A DNA stretch of 64,000 nt from Eledone cirrhosa (Eukaryota): contig OZ024742.1 of NCBI GenBank assembly GCA_964016885.1, positions 110,236,001-110,300,000 of the forward strand, given 5' to 3'. How positions within the stretch are numbered: the stretch's first letter is position 1; each line of letters begins with the position of its first letter. The notes under the pieces were generated by a model. The model did not search any database. It was not told the origin of the DNA and saw nothing but the letters and a program-made list of their open reading frames with translations. Positions 27,117-41,384 of the stretch are shown in pieces. Made by a program: the position numbers and the translations under genes.

Positions 27117-27775
27117 AATAAATGTAATCTGAGATTTTCGAATATTAATAATAATATTCGATTCGTTTGGAATTATGCAAACAGCCTCTTTTATAAAGCC
27201 ATGTCAGTAGAATGAGACCCTCATTAATTGCTCGTATACAGGAAACTGACTGGCCAGTCCACTGATATGCCCATCTGGCTGATCAGTGGATCTGCTGATA
27301 TGCATATCTGACTGATCGGCCTTTCTGCTAATATGCAAATCAAGCCGATCAGTCACTGTATATTTTCGAAAATATATATACACTAGCTCTGACAGTTGGC
27401 AGGTGAACAGTGAACTACACTGATGAAGGGTAATACCCAGTTCTGTTTACATGCCAACACAAGAGCAATAATAAGGGGCTCATTCTACTGACATGGCTTT
27501 AAAAAAGAGATTGTTTGCATAGTTCCAAACGAATCGAATAATATTATTATTAATATTCGAGGACGGTGGATTGGCAGTATCGGTAGAGGGTCGGATGCCA
27601 TGCTTTGACGTATAGAGTTACGGCCCTTGCCATTCTGAGTTCAAATCCCGCCGAGGTTAACTTTGCCTTTCATCCTTACGGGGTCGATAAAATAAAGTAC
27701 CAATAATGTACTGGCCTTGTGCCAAAAGTAGAAACAATTATTATTAATATTCGAAAAACTCAGATTACATTTATT
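27117..27775. mobile_element. Inverted-repeat element (~117-bp arms) with a SINE inserted in the right arm
   Basis: Arms 27117-27233 and 27463-27560 + 27739-27775. Internal ~33-bp triplication and a truncated CTGATGA-AGGG-TAATA-CCC. Confidence 0.65.
27561..27738 (+). mobile_element. Young SINE with TSD ATTATTATTAATATTCGA
   Basis: Duplication visible at ~27543-27560 and ~27737-27754. Confidence 0.85.
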
Positions 27776-27800
27776 ATATATATATATATGGTAATAATAA

Positions 27801-27989
27801 TTGTTTTTTCTTTTGGCACAGGGCCAGCAATTACCCAGTACATTACTGGTACTTTATTTTATCGACCCCCGTAAGGATGAAAGGCAAAGTTAACCTTGGC
27901 GGGATTTGAACTCAGAATGGAAAGGGCCGTAACTCTATGCGTCAAAGCATGGCGTCCGACCCTCTACCGATACTGCCTATCAACCGCCA
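27801..27989 (-). mobile_element. Young SINE with TSD-like TATATAT(A/G)GTAATAATAAT
   Basis: Full-length reverse-complement copy. Confidence 0.85.
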
Positions 27990-28429
27990 TCTATATAGTA
28001 ATAATAATAATGAAAAAACAATGTTGTCTCTGATTTGTAACTGGATTGTACACACACATACATACATGTATGTATGTGTGTGTGTGTACGTGCGCGTCTG
28101 TATAGATTGATAGATAGATAGAGAGAGGGGGAGAGAGATAGGTATGTCGGTTATATAAACGACTCCATATTTATGTATGTACATATTTGTTTGTGTATAT
28201 GAGAAAAAGGGACAATTCCTGGTCCTTAAGCCAGAGCATGCTATAAAATTCCCAAACCTTATAATTGAACTAAGATACACGGAACATGTGTGTCACACTC
28301 TCTTCAGCTGCTCCTATAAAAATGAAAAGATATATATGTTAAAATATTATTTGTTATCTGTATTCATTTATGTGTCTTGGGTATGCATTGCATGGTTTGC
28401 ATTTATGCACGAAACGCATATTTACATAG

Positions 28430-28534
28430 TTAGGGAAAGAAGAGAGAAGAGGAGAGAAAGAGAAAAAGAGAGAGAGAGAAAAGGAGAGAGGGAGAGAGAG
28501 AAGAGGTGAGAGAGAAAAAGTAGAGAGAAAGAAA

Positions 28535-28591
<57 letters not shown>

Positions 28592-28945
28592 AGAGAGAGA
28601 GAGAAGACGAGAGAGAAGAGGAGAGAGAGAGAGAAGAGGCGAGAGCGAAAAAGTAGAGAGAAAGAAAAGGAGAGAGAGAGAAGAAGAGAGAGAGAAAAAG
28701 TAGAGAGAAAGAAAAGGAGAGAGAGATAGATAGAAAAGGAGAGAGAGAGAGAGAAAGAAAGAGAGAAAGAGAGAACATGGATAGAGAAAGAAGGAGAGAG
28801 AGAAAGAAAGAGAGGGAGAAATAAAGAAAGAAAGAAAGAGAGAAAGAGAGGGAGAAATAAATAAAGAAAGAAAGAGAGAAAGAGAGGGAGAAAGAAAGAG
28901 AGAAAGAGAGAAATAAATAAAGTGAGAGAGAGAGAGGGGGAAATA
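28430..28945. repeat. GA-rich microsatellite/minisatellite
   Basis: Purine-only strand with recurring GAAAAAGTAGAGAGAAAGAAAAGG units. Confidence 0.9.
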
Positions 28946-29688
28946 GTGTAAGTAAAAGATAAATGTTGGAAGCGTGTTGTATTAACACACGATGTGTACC
29001 ATTAGTAAGACAGTATTTAAATATTAAACACAGCGATGTATACTTCTTTGTAAAATTGCAGATAGGAGGATAACAGGTAACCGATCTCTCTATATATCTC
29101 TTCTCATCCCCTCACTCTCCATCGATTACGTAATATACATCATATACATCTCTGAAAGTAAAGGTATGATGATACGTGAGTTAATTAAAATTAGATATTG
29201 AACAAAAGGTTTTTCCCAACAGATTTACTAATTCACGCTGTGATTTCCACTCGTCTTCACTGAAATATCTGTACAAAAATCTATATTTTAGGAATAATAT
29301 AAGCTCTCGCTATAAGTAAGTGTGTGTGTAGACACGTGCATGTGTTATATATTAAATATATATTTATTGTACATACCTGTGTATACGTCGTTGTTACTGA
29401 GCACTTTTCTCTATGTGTGTGATATGTGTGCGAATAATATATGCTTTCCTTTCTACATCGCTATGCGTGTGTGCGTTTGTGAGTGAGCGTGTCTTCGATT
29501 TACATTGAAAATGGTATGTTATTCTTCTGTATGTTTACGTGTACGCGTTGTTGTGTTTATATATGGTGCGCGCGCGCGCGCGCGTGTGTGTGTGTGCGTA
29601 TGTATACGCATTTTCTTTAACAGTATTATTGAATTATTGAATTCTAACTTTGGCCAAATGTCCCGATATTTTATAGAGAAAGTGATGG

Positions 29689-29770
<82 letters not shown>

Positions 29771-30983
29771 AGTGAGTGAGAAAATAAGAAGGAGAGGGAG
29801 AGACAGTTGTTAATTCAATCGACCTCCATACGTTACTAGCATTTACGTATATTATCAACTTCGGGTATATGGAAGTTGAAGTCGACTTTGACGGAGTTTG
29901 AACTCATGTTACCAATTTGAACAAAGACCATTTAGTTCGGCAAGCTACCACTTTGACCACTCCATTGCTCAATATCACCGCAAGCCCAAGTGCCGCATAG
30001 ATCAACTATCTGAATGGTCTTTACTTCATATCGTGTCAGCAGCAGTACTGTACGGACCTTCATCGGTGAACGAGCGGCTTCACAGTAGCCGTGTGGTCAT
30101 AAAGTTCACTTCGTCTGACTATATTCTATCTAACTGTGTAACATTTTAAGCAAGTATCTTCTACCGTAGACCTTAGGCCGATACAAGCCACGTGAGTGAG
30201 ATTGGGTAGACAAAAATGATTTGCAGTATTTGTTCCAGCTATTTGCTTTCTGAGTTTTGGGGGCGGTAAATGTAACTTACCACTTGGTTTAACATCATCA
30301 CCATGTCCATGGTTATCTTTAGCAGAGCTCATTTTGATGCAGACATTTCTCCACCAGTTCTCCAGTTTGGGGTCAAATTTTTCTCTTCCTCTCACCAATT
30401 TTAGATCCCCGAAAAAACAAGAGTTTAAAAACATCGGATTCTTTGTCCAAGCACTTGTAACAGATTAAAGTTTTCTAAATCTTACATGCTAAAGGCACTC
30501 ATTGAACATGTTGTTAAACCGGATGACAGATTAAGTCTACCCCGCAAGAACAGGTTCAATCATCACAGTGGAAGCATCCATCGTCACTAAGGCCCCCTAA
30601 AACATGTCAGGTGCGGAGTAAAATTGAGGTGATATTGATTGTTTTTTTCTCCGACACTCGAGGTATTGTGCATCGCAGATAAGCACCAGAAGGGCAAACA
30701 GTTACAAAGGAGTACTAACAGGAGGTTTCGCGATGTTCAGTGTAAGAGACCGGATCTTTGAGTCTCCCCCCCCGCTCCCCCCCCCAAAAAAAACAACAAA
30801 AAACGAAAAACAAAACATGACAACGCCTTCTGTCCGCTTTCTTAGTTTAAGTTTGGATACTTCAACAGACATCGTACACGCACACACACATACAAATGCA
30901 CGCACACTCGCAGCACACACACACACAAACATACATATATATATATACACACACACATATATATATATATAGAGAGAGAGATA

Positions 30984-31183
30984 GAAAAACCACAGACGCT
31001 GCATCTCAATTCTACTTTTGAAAAGCAGAAGAACTGCGAAACCGGTAAAGGAACCAAATAAATATATATTTAAAAAAAAAAAGACTCCAGTTGCATTTTC
31101 GATTTCATCTTTCTTCCTTATACTTTCACTCGTGTAGTACACCTCGGTTATTTTTCATTTTGTAAAAAAAAACCTCACTTTCT
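30984..31183 (+). mobile_element. Family D element with U3-A8 hammerhead at 31014-31051
   Basis: actt-TTGAAAA-gcag-aagaa-ctgc-GAAA-CCGG-TA-aagg, followed by AATAAA. Homologous to 62284-62617. Confidence 0.7.
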
Positions 31184-31319
31184 ATTATATATATATATAC
31201 GAGTATGTTAATTATTAATTCGACATAACTATTTTTTCCTTGCTCTAAAATTACATAAAACCTCACACATCATATGAATTAATAATTTCTCGATAAAAGA
31301 AGACTACAATCTCCACAAT

Positions 31320-31457
<138 letters not shown>

Positions 31458-31790
31458 AACACACACACACACATTCACGCAAACACACACGCTTATAGAT
31501 GTACATACATACACACTTTCATGCAAACACGCTTATAGATGCACATAGATATACGAAGAAACTAAGAGTGAAGCGGAAATAGAGAAAGAAACGACAGCGG
31601 TAGAAATAGGTTAGAATGTCGTTCTTCATTGTTTTTGCCTAGAAAGACTGTTAACAAAACATATAGTAGCACTTCACAAGAGCTCACTTAACTCTACAAC
31701 GTAGGAGTAGATTCAATTGGCCAGAATCATTAACAGATTGCTCGTAGCAGATTCGAAACCATGACACCTATAGAGAAGGTCAAGTACCCT

Positions 31791-31926
<136 letters not shown>

Positions 31927-31997
31927 ATAGTTGCGTGTGTGTATGAGTAATCGGAAAAAAAGCAAACAATGCAGTATGATTGCGATATATATATATA

Positions 31998-32133
31998 TTA
32001 GTTTAATGCTTGATATAGTAGGAAAAGAGTCATAACGTTTCGGATGCTAGTCTTTCTTCAGAATATAGAATGAGAAAGAAAAGAAATAGAAAGACAGAGG
32101 GGAGTAAATAAGGCACACACACATGTTTTTTGG

Positions 32134-32135
<2 letters not shown>
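31998..32135 (-). mobile_element. Short Penelope-like 3' end with degenerate hammerhead (32030-32066)
   Basis: CTGAAGA-aagactagcatcc-GAAACGTT after a CT-rich tract; TA-flanked. Confidence 0.5.
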
Positions 32136-32230
<95 letters not shown>

Positions 32231-32489
32231 CAAAAAACACAGTTGGAAAAATTAAAATATTGGAATGTGTGCGTCCCAACGCAAATGGCAATAATAATAG
32301 CCAAACAATATAAATAATAGTTGAGAAAATTGGGTAAGTATCCAGTGGATAGACAAAATTGGTAGCCAGTGGTTCCTTAATGCAGTGGTTACCGCATTAT
32401 AAACTATTCTTTCTCAACTATTATTTATAGTGATCGACTATTATTTTAGCCATTTACGTTGGGGCGCACACATTTCTTATTTCAATTGT

Positions 32490-33540
32490 CCATATATATG
32501 ATAATGGATTCTCCTGTCGTATTTCCACGTATGAAGGTTCGACAGTAATTATAGTTTATTTTTATAGTTATACCTTAAATGGTACTTCAGTCCAGCTGCT
32601 GATTTAGACATCAAACCACATATAATGTGGATGACAGGATTATGAGTGGAGCAGGATGAAAGGTTTGATCGAATCTCTTTATACCTCCATGGCAGACAGC
32701 TCTACACTATCTACAGTCAGCTTCAAAAGAAGTAGGAGGTATGTTCTCAGATTTAATAGTTTTCTTCAGTTTGTTTTTGTATTTGAGTAATGGTCTGCCT
32801 ATATTACGAGCACCATTATGAAGTTGACTGTATAACAGTGCCTTGGATGTGCGGTCCTCAGTCATCCGTAGGACATGACCAGACCATCTAAGTTGGCATT
32901 GCATCAGAAATGATTTAATCCCACTGATGTTGCACCTCGTGAAGAGATCGGCTTTGGAGACTGTCAGAAAGTGCACAACTACAATTAAATCGAACACATT
33001 AAGCTTATAAATGTGTGTAATAAAGTATTCATGACTCCGAGCCGTATAAATGTGTTGTTAGTACCTCTGCACGACAGACTGCAGCTTTCGTTTTTAGGGA
33101 TATACTTTTGACACCCATAGACGATAATACAGTTTGCCAAAGGCGTCAGTTGCTTTGGAGACGCGATTGACGATCCCATCATCCATGATGAAAAGAGATT
33201 CACCTTGCTGTCAAGGTAAGTAAAGGAGTTCACATACTTTAAAACCTTGCCAGCAACAGTGATGGGAAGACGAGGATGCCCGTGCCCTATCTGTCCCTGC
33301 TTAACATATATTTGTCTGTAGTGGGGGAAGTTGGTTTTGGTTGATAAACCATCTCAGTCTTTTTAACGCTGATTGTTACACCAAACACCCTACAGGCAGG
33401 CCAGATACGGTTCATCAATTCTTGTGCCCCATCGAGGGATGTTGCAACAGGTGCATTATCATCAGCAAACGAATAAACCTTGTTCGTGTATGAGTTTTAG
33501 CCTTGAAGTGGTGTTGGTTGAATAGCATACTTGACTCATG
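32490..33540 (-). mobile_element. Degraded RTE/BovB-like LINE, 3' part
   Basis: FADDNA, FTYLDSKV, QLRWSGHVLRM..KALLYSQL..GRPLLKYK, and a C2H2 remnant. Confidence 0.8.
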
Positions 33541-34362
33541 GTGGTGGGTGTGCTGGCTGGGACTCCCAATCGAAATCTTTACTCTATATCCCATCCTAAT
33601 ATCTTATCGAGTTAAATAAACAAATCTTTTTCATATAAGACTCTCTCCGTAAGTTCGTTAAATAAATAAATCTCGCTACCTCTATTTTTCAATTTACCAT
33701 TTTGCAATATAATATTTTTAATTTAATTTATTTCATCCTATAACTCGCAACATAAGTTTAGCGTTCCAATCTTCGGTTCACACATTAGACTATACAGACA
33801 CCCATTATAGATTCTTTGGGTAGCATTTTTTCGCGGCATTTTCTAACATGAATGTAGTTTGACCCTTACACTACATTTCTTTCTCCCTTTCTTTCTTTCT
33901 TCCCCTTCTTCTTTGACGGAGTGGTGGTAGTACATGATAGGCCTGCGCCCCCTTACCAGATATTCACTGGTAGTTTTCGGTTGCAAACACTTTGAGGGCG
34001 GCTGGCTGTGAGGCTAGTTGGTCAGCCGCCCTATCTATCTCTGGTTTCTCGGACCCATGGTTTTTCGGACCCATGGCTTTTTACATATTCCTTTGTTATA
34101 TTCCAATACCTGATGATATCACCGGATTCATATGGAACCCGGTCATTGAAATGATCATAGTATAATAAACCTTTCAAGGATTTACACCAGTCCAGCCTCC
34201 TGTTATTTCATTTATAATTAACTCCGTATTCGCACCACCAACTACACAAACGAAGATGGGTGAACTGCACTGCGTTGAGTACTCTTCACAATATTACACC
34301 AGGATTGACCATACGGAATGACCAGTTCTATCCAGTGGTGAACCAACAAACCTTAAGATATA

Positions 34363-34650
34363 TATATATATCTTCCACCACCTGTTTTACTCTACGTGTA
34401 TTTTTAATTTTATTTTGATCATGCCTTTATATTTAATTTCATTTGTACCGTTTCCTCTCACCCTCTTTTTTCTATATGTCTCTCCACCACTCCCCTACAC
34501 ACCCTTGGAACTCTCTTCCCACACACTTTTCACCTGAAGAAGGGCTTATGCCCGAAACGTCGTTCCCCACCACCACCCACTCTCAAGAGCGTGAAACTAA
34601 TAAACCTTTGTTCGTACTGCCTCTCTGTTTTGTTCCCGTTCAATTTTTTA
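34363..34650 (+). mobile_element. Penelope-like pLTR fragment with minimal hammerhead at 34531-34564
   Basis: cac-CTGAAGA-a-gggc-ttat-gccc-GAAA-CG-TC-gt, then AATAAA; (TA)n on both sides. Confidence 0.75.
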
Positions 34651-34724
34651 CTATATATATATATATATATATACATATTTATATCATATATATATGAACC
34701 CCTCTCTCTCTTTTTATATATATG

Positions 34725-34801
<77 letters not shown>

Positions 34802-34885
34802 GTAATTATATATACATATATACACATATATATGTATATATATATATATGTACATATATATGATATAAATATATATGTATGCATA

Positions 34886-34924
<39 letters not shown>

Positions 34925-35230
34925 TATATATATATATATACAGATACAGACATGCGAGTTCCGAGGTGGAATGGTACAATTAAAAGATGATTTATAATCC
35001 ATCAATCAACGTTAGATATATCACTCGGCATCGACCTAAACCCATTCACACACACACACCCACCCACATACACCCACACACACACCCACATACACCCATA
35101 CACACCCACGCACGCACACACACACACACGCGCGCATACACACATATATATATATAGATATATTCATACATACGTATACATATATATGTACATACGAACG
35201 CAAAGATACATACATACATATGAACATACA

Positions 35231-35381
<151 letters not shown>

Positions 35382-35389
35382 GTACGTAC

Positions 35390-35481
<92 letters not shown>

Positions 35482-35505
35482 GTACGTACATATATATATA
35501 TATAC

Positions 35506-35627
<122 letters not shown>

Positions 35628-35740
35628 GTACGTACATATATGTGTGGTTGTGTATATGCATGTAATAATCTATTTATGTATTTATGTGTGGTTGTATGTA
35701 TGTAAGAAAATATGTAGATAAGTACATAAGTATATGTGGA

Positions 35741-35785
<45 letters not shown>

Positions 35786-36217
35786 TCTTACATACATACA
35801 AACACACATAAATACATAAATAGATTATTACATACATATACACAACCACACATATATGTACGTACATACATTGGCATAGGCGGACCAGCGACTGTCCACA
35901 ATTACGTTTTCAGATTATCGAAGATGAACGAAGTTGGAATGAGAAGTGTACAGACATACTGGTGCCGGACTGTGAAACATTGAATGAGGCCATCCAATGA
36001 GTATTAATATAATATGTGATAACATCTATCTCACTGACAGATTATGGCAATGATGGATGTCTTACTGAAAGAGTCGGCTTACAGTTTTCTGTGTATTTGG
36101 TATGGGTTTGTGCATGTGTCTGTGTAAATATATTTATGTATGTATGTATATATAAATATATACTTATAGACACACGCACACAAACACACACACACACACA
36201 TACACACACACACACAG

Positions 36218-36253
<36 letters not shown>

Positions 36254-36387
36254 ACGCACGCACACACACTCGCGCGCGCCCACACACACATACACACACT
36301 CTCCCTCTCATACACTATATATATATATATATATGTACGTGTGTGTGTATGTCTATAAATATATATACCTATATATACATTTATATA

Positions 36388-36421
<34 letters not shown>

Positions 36422-36838
36422 CGCACACACATACATAGATACACGTATACATACATATATATTTAAAAATATACATCTATATGTACACAGATATACATAT
36501 ATTTATAGACAGAGAGAGGAATATAGTCGCTCCAACACATATATAGGGTGAATCAATTCAAACACTTCGTCCCTTCACTTTACTCAGCCATCTCTCACAC
36601 CAATAGTACATAAGACATTATTGACTGTAACACTAACTGCGTCATTCTACCTTGACTTGTTGCAGAGAATCTGAAAAGTGTTTTTGTCATGTGTTCTGAC
36701 ACAGATGGAGATAGAAACGTTAGTGTAGACGTATGTATACATATAGCCAGGCTGATAATAAAGATATATATTTAGCGGGTGCCAACCGCTTTTTCCGCCT
36801 AGGGAATTTTACCCGATCTTCTGAACTATTATATATAG

Positions 36839-37108
36839 TAATTGTTTCTACTTTAGGCACAAGGCCAGCAATTACGCAGTGCATTACTGGTACTTTATTT
36901 TTATCGACCCCGTAAGGATGAAAGGTAAAGTCAACCTCGGCGGGATTTGAACTCAGATCGTAAAGTGACGTAACTATGCTGGAAAGCATGGCGTCCGACC
37001 CTCTACCGATACTGCCAATCCACCGCCCTATATATATAGTAATAATGCTGTAACTATGCTGGAAAGCATGGCGTCCCACCCTCTACCGATACTGCCAATC
37101 CACCACCC
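36839..37108 (-). mobile_element. Young SINE plus duplicated 5' head (37050-37108)
   Basis: TATATATAGTAAT repeated at the flanks. Confidence 0.8.
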
Positions 37109-37252
37109 ATTATATATAGTAATAAACTGTATTCACAGTTATTTCTTATGTTCCGGATTTTCTATATTTTCTAAGCATTTCAACTCACTGGACGTTCTGT
37201 TTATCTACAAATATATAGTGTAAATAAGTAATAGTGTGAATAAAATATATGG

Positions 37253-37327
<75 letters not shown>

Positions 37328-37940
37328 CACACTCTCGCGCGGACATATATATAATCAATGAGTGTCTCACTCTTATAAAATGCGATTAAGCTGTATATAT
37401 TACCGCTAGGTATTACGAAACAACACATACTCAAACGTATGTCTGTATGAGATATCACTGATTTTCTCAATCTCAGGTGAGGTATGGTAATTATAGTTTA
37501 ACGTTTCTTATATACACTTCAGTTGATTCTGTTGGATTCGCACTGGAGGGAATTACTGGTTCAACGTTTGAGCATATTACAATGTGTAAAAAATAAATAG
37601 ACTGTTATAAAACTTTCTTTAGAGCAAGTTCTACAGATAAGGTCATTTGCTATAGAAATTTCTTGGGCGGATAATGGTGTGGTACTTGGTCTTGTTTTTA
37701 ATGATTTTTGTCTAAAAGCCGAGCTTTTCTCCAGCATTAAACATTAAAAACCCCTAAGAATAATGTTCAAAGTAATACTTTTCCGGTTCTTTTTTTTTAC
37801 TGTTGGATCCAGTATCCACTTGATGACTACATCGGCTGCAGTGATATCTGTCGAACCGATAGGCTACCGCTCATAATCACATACACATATATATATATAT
37901 TATATACTATATACTATATACTATATACTATATATATATA

Positions 37941-38534
37941 TCACTGACGAAGGACTAATATTATCATATGTAACCCATGTGCAACCACGCAGTATTCTTC
38001 TTTCTTCTCATGTTTTTTATATATATTTACCTCGGCTGCGTTTGTCTGTTTCTCTCTTACTGCTTCCCCGTTCTCTCTGTTGCTCTCACCTTCTTTCGCC
38101 CCCTCTGTCAGTTACACTTTCTTTCGACTGACCTCTTCCTCGCACTTCCACTCACTCACTCTCTGTTTCTCCCCTTCTCACTTCCTCCCGTTTGGCTAGT
38201 AGTGGGTTCTCTTCTTGCTCACATCTCACTCACGTCGGACGGTCTGTATCTTAATCGCTCATGAAATCCACCCAGCTTATGCTGACCGGATAACCATGTT
38301 GCTTGTTTATTCCCATCTTTGCGTTGCTTCATCCTTCTATGTTGTTTACTTGTCTCACTCGCTTTACGCGATTTACTTGTCCCAATAGGTTTTTTTAGTT
38401 ATTGCTCGCACCAACCTGAGGTATATGATTTTTAAAGCGATGAAATATCAATGATGGTTGGCAAATCACTGACGAAGGACTAATTTTATCATATGTAACC
38501 CATGTGCAACCACGCAGTATTCTTCTTTCTTCTC

Positions 38535-38540
<6 letters not shown>
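37941..38540 (+). mobile_element. Family F partial tandem (525-bp unit, ~1.15 copies)
   Basis: TCACTGACGAAGGACT..CTCATGTTTT at 37941 and 38466; TA-flanked. A third piece lies at 39207-39311. Confidence 0.7.
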
Positions 38541-38609
<69 letters not shown>

Positions 38610-38820
38610 TGTTGAAATGTTGGGTAAGTACTCTATTGGGGTCACCGCGAAGAGGCCACTTTCGGTTATTTATCAAATATTTCTTCATAGGAGCCTTTAT
38701 TCTTATAGCCTGGTCTAATTGATTTTTTATATTGTTAATTATGCTGATTGGGAGAGGAAATGGTATATATTTTATCTAATAATTCTAAGGACATGATTTA
38801 TGATATATATATATATATAT

Positions 38821-39209
<389 letters not shown>

Positions 39210-39304
39210 AGGAATTATCAATGATGGTTGGCAAATCACTGACGAAGGACTAATTTTATCACATGTAACCCATGTGCAACCACGCAGTATTCTTCTTTCT
39301 TCTC

Positions 39305-39360
<56 letters not shown>

Positions 39361-39364
<4 letters not shown>

Positions 39365-39434
39365 TTTAGTGTGAAGGTTGGGTTTGAAATAAATCTTTTG
39401 TGACATCAGTCCTGGAACGTTTCTGACACACCTC

Positions 39435-39435
<1 letters not shown>
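39361..39435. mobile_element. Orphan 75-bp mariner TIR in (TA)n
   Basis: Reverse complement of 39864-39938. Confidence 0.85.
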
Positions 39436-39496
<61 letters not shown>

Positions 39497-39502
<6 letters not shown>

Positions 39503-39832
39503 GTTTGAATATGTGTAATAAGGCCAAGACGATGCAGGTATGGACATAGAAAAAAGAATGCTGACCGGAAATAGTACTATTTCCGGTCAGCATGGCTTGG
39601 CTAGAGATTTAAAGATGCTGGTTTGAGACCTTTACTTCCCTCCGAAGAAGAGATATTATCTCGAAAATTAAGGACATTTAAATAAATTCAAGGTGAAAGA
39701 CGAATTCTCATCAATATCTTTCACTATTGCATTCTTTTTTCTATGTCCATACCTGCATTGTCTTGGCCTTATTACACATATTCAAACGTTTATACCTCAT
39801 TACACAATGCTTCAAGTGAACTATAACCTCCT

Positions 39833-39836
<4 letters not shown>
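39497..39836 (+). mobile_element. Penelope-like element with inverted 5' arm and degenerate hammerhead (39639-39673)
   Basis: Arms 39497-39561 / 39730-39794; cct-CCGAAGA-a-gaga-tatta-tctc-GAAA-AT-TA-agg; perfect palindrome at ~39559-39593. Confidence 0.6.
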
Positions 39837-39863
<27 letters not shown>

Positions 39864-41154
39864 CGAGGTGTGTCAGAAAAGTTCCAGGACTGATGTCACA
39901 AAAGATTTATTTCAAACCCAAACTTCACACTAAAAGTTTTATCCTTCAAAGTAATCCCCCTGGAGTCTAATGCAATTTTCCATCCTTTTCTGCCACGCTT
40001 GCATGCACTCCTGGAAGGATTCTTCCGGGATCCTCTGCAGTCCCGTCGTCACGGCCTTTTTGATGTCGTCCACGTCTTCAAAACGGGTCCCCTTGATGAC
40101 CCCATTGAGCTTGGGGAATAGGAAAAAATCACACGGAGCCAGGTCGGGGGAGTAAGGAGGTTGCTCCAGCACGGCGATGTTCTTCTCGGCCAGGAACTGT
40201 CGGATGCTCAGGGCATTGTGAGCAGGCGCGTTGTCATGGTGAAGCAGCCACTAGTTGTCCTGCCACAACTCTCGCCTCTTCTCACGCACTGAACGAAGCA
40301 AACGCTGCAGTATCTCTTTGTAGACATGTTGGTTGATCATCTGGCCCTGTGGCAAGAACTAGCAGTGGACGATCCCCCTCACATCGAAGAATGTGATCAA
40401 CATGACCTTGACTTTGGACTTCGACTATCGTGCTTTCTTCGGCCTTGGCGACGACGGACTCTTCCACTGAAGGCTCTGGCGTTTGGTTTCCGGGTCGTAC
40501 TCGAAGATCCATGACTCATCAACGGTGATAACTGTCCCTAGTAAGTCTGGTTCGGTTTCAAGACGCTCGAGGATGTCTTGGCACACTTGCATGCGTCTAC
40601 CTTTCTGGTCATCGTTCAGCAGTTTTGGCACCATCTTCGCGCAGACTTTCCGCATGTCCAAATCTTCAGTGAGAATCTTCCAGACGCTGTCCCGATTCAT
40701 GCCCAGCTCATTTGCCATCAGTCGAACAGTCAGCCGACGATCTCTACGCACCATCTGCCTGATGCGCTCAACGTTGACCTCAGTCCTGGTTCTTGAGGGC
40801 CTTCTGCTCCTGGGGTCATCTTCCACGTCCTCGCGTCCTTCTTTAAACCTCTTGCACCACTCAAAAACACGTGAGCGTGACATCGTCTCATCTCCATACA
40901 CTTGCTGCAGCAATCCCAGTGCTTCTGGCGGAGTTTTCAAGTTTGTTCGTTGCTTTGTGCTCATTGCTTGACGACCTGAAACAGAGGACATGTATATAAA
41001 ATTATGAAGAAAAAAGATTGATCGCTGCAGAGAGCTAAGATTACAGTTACATACTTCAGGGGGATTACTTTGAAGGAGAAAACTCTTAGTGTGAAGTTTG
41101 GGTTTGAAATAAATCTTTTGTGACATCAGTCCTGGAACTTTTCTGACACACCTC

Positions 41155-41155
<1 letters not shown>
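39864..41155 (-). mobile_element. Mariner (DD34D) DNA transposon, ~97-bp TIRs, TA target
   Basis: TIR CGAGGTGTGTCAGAAAAGTTCCAGGAC... at both ends, inside (TA)n. Confidence 0.95.
39939..40965 (-). pseudogene. Mariner transposase with premature stops
   Basis: VCAKMVPKLL, ITVDESWI, HHDNAPAH and PYSPDLAPCD; 34 residues between D2 and D3; stops at ~40425 and ~40250. Confidence 0.9.
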
Positions 41156-41201
<46 letters not shown>

Positions 41202-41328
41202 CAAAAAAGTGTTGGTAAAATCCAGTACTTCAGTATGCAGATAGGGAGCACTCAACGAAGATATAAATTCCGGAGTTATAATAGTGACGAAACATAAGTC
41301 AATTGTATGAACTCATAATCCTTTATTT

Positions 41329-41384
41329 ACCGCTATATATATTTCGATGATAGCCATTGTATGGCTATGACCTCATCAGGCAGT
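41329..41384 (-). ncRNA. Type-I hammerhead ribozyme in a Penelope-like 3' end
   Basis: actgc-CTGATGA-ggtcatagcca-tacaa-tggctatcatc-GAAA-TATATA-TA-gcggt, followed by AATAAA and ..TTGAGTGC.. then (TA)n. Confidence 0.75.

Noticed and set aside
32241-32490. Degenerate inverted repeat as another hammerhead element
   Set aside because: The inverted repeat is real but no ribozyme core is recognisable; left unclassified.
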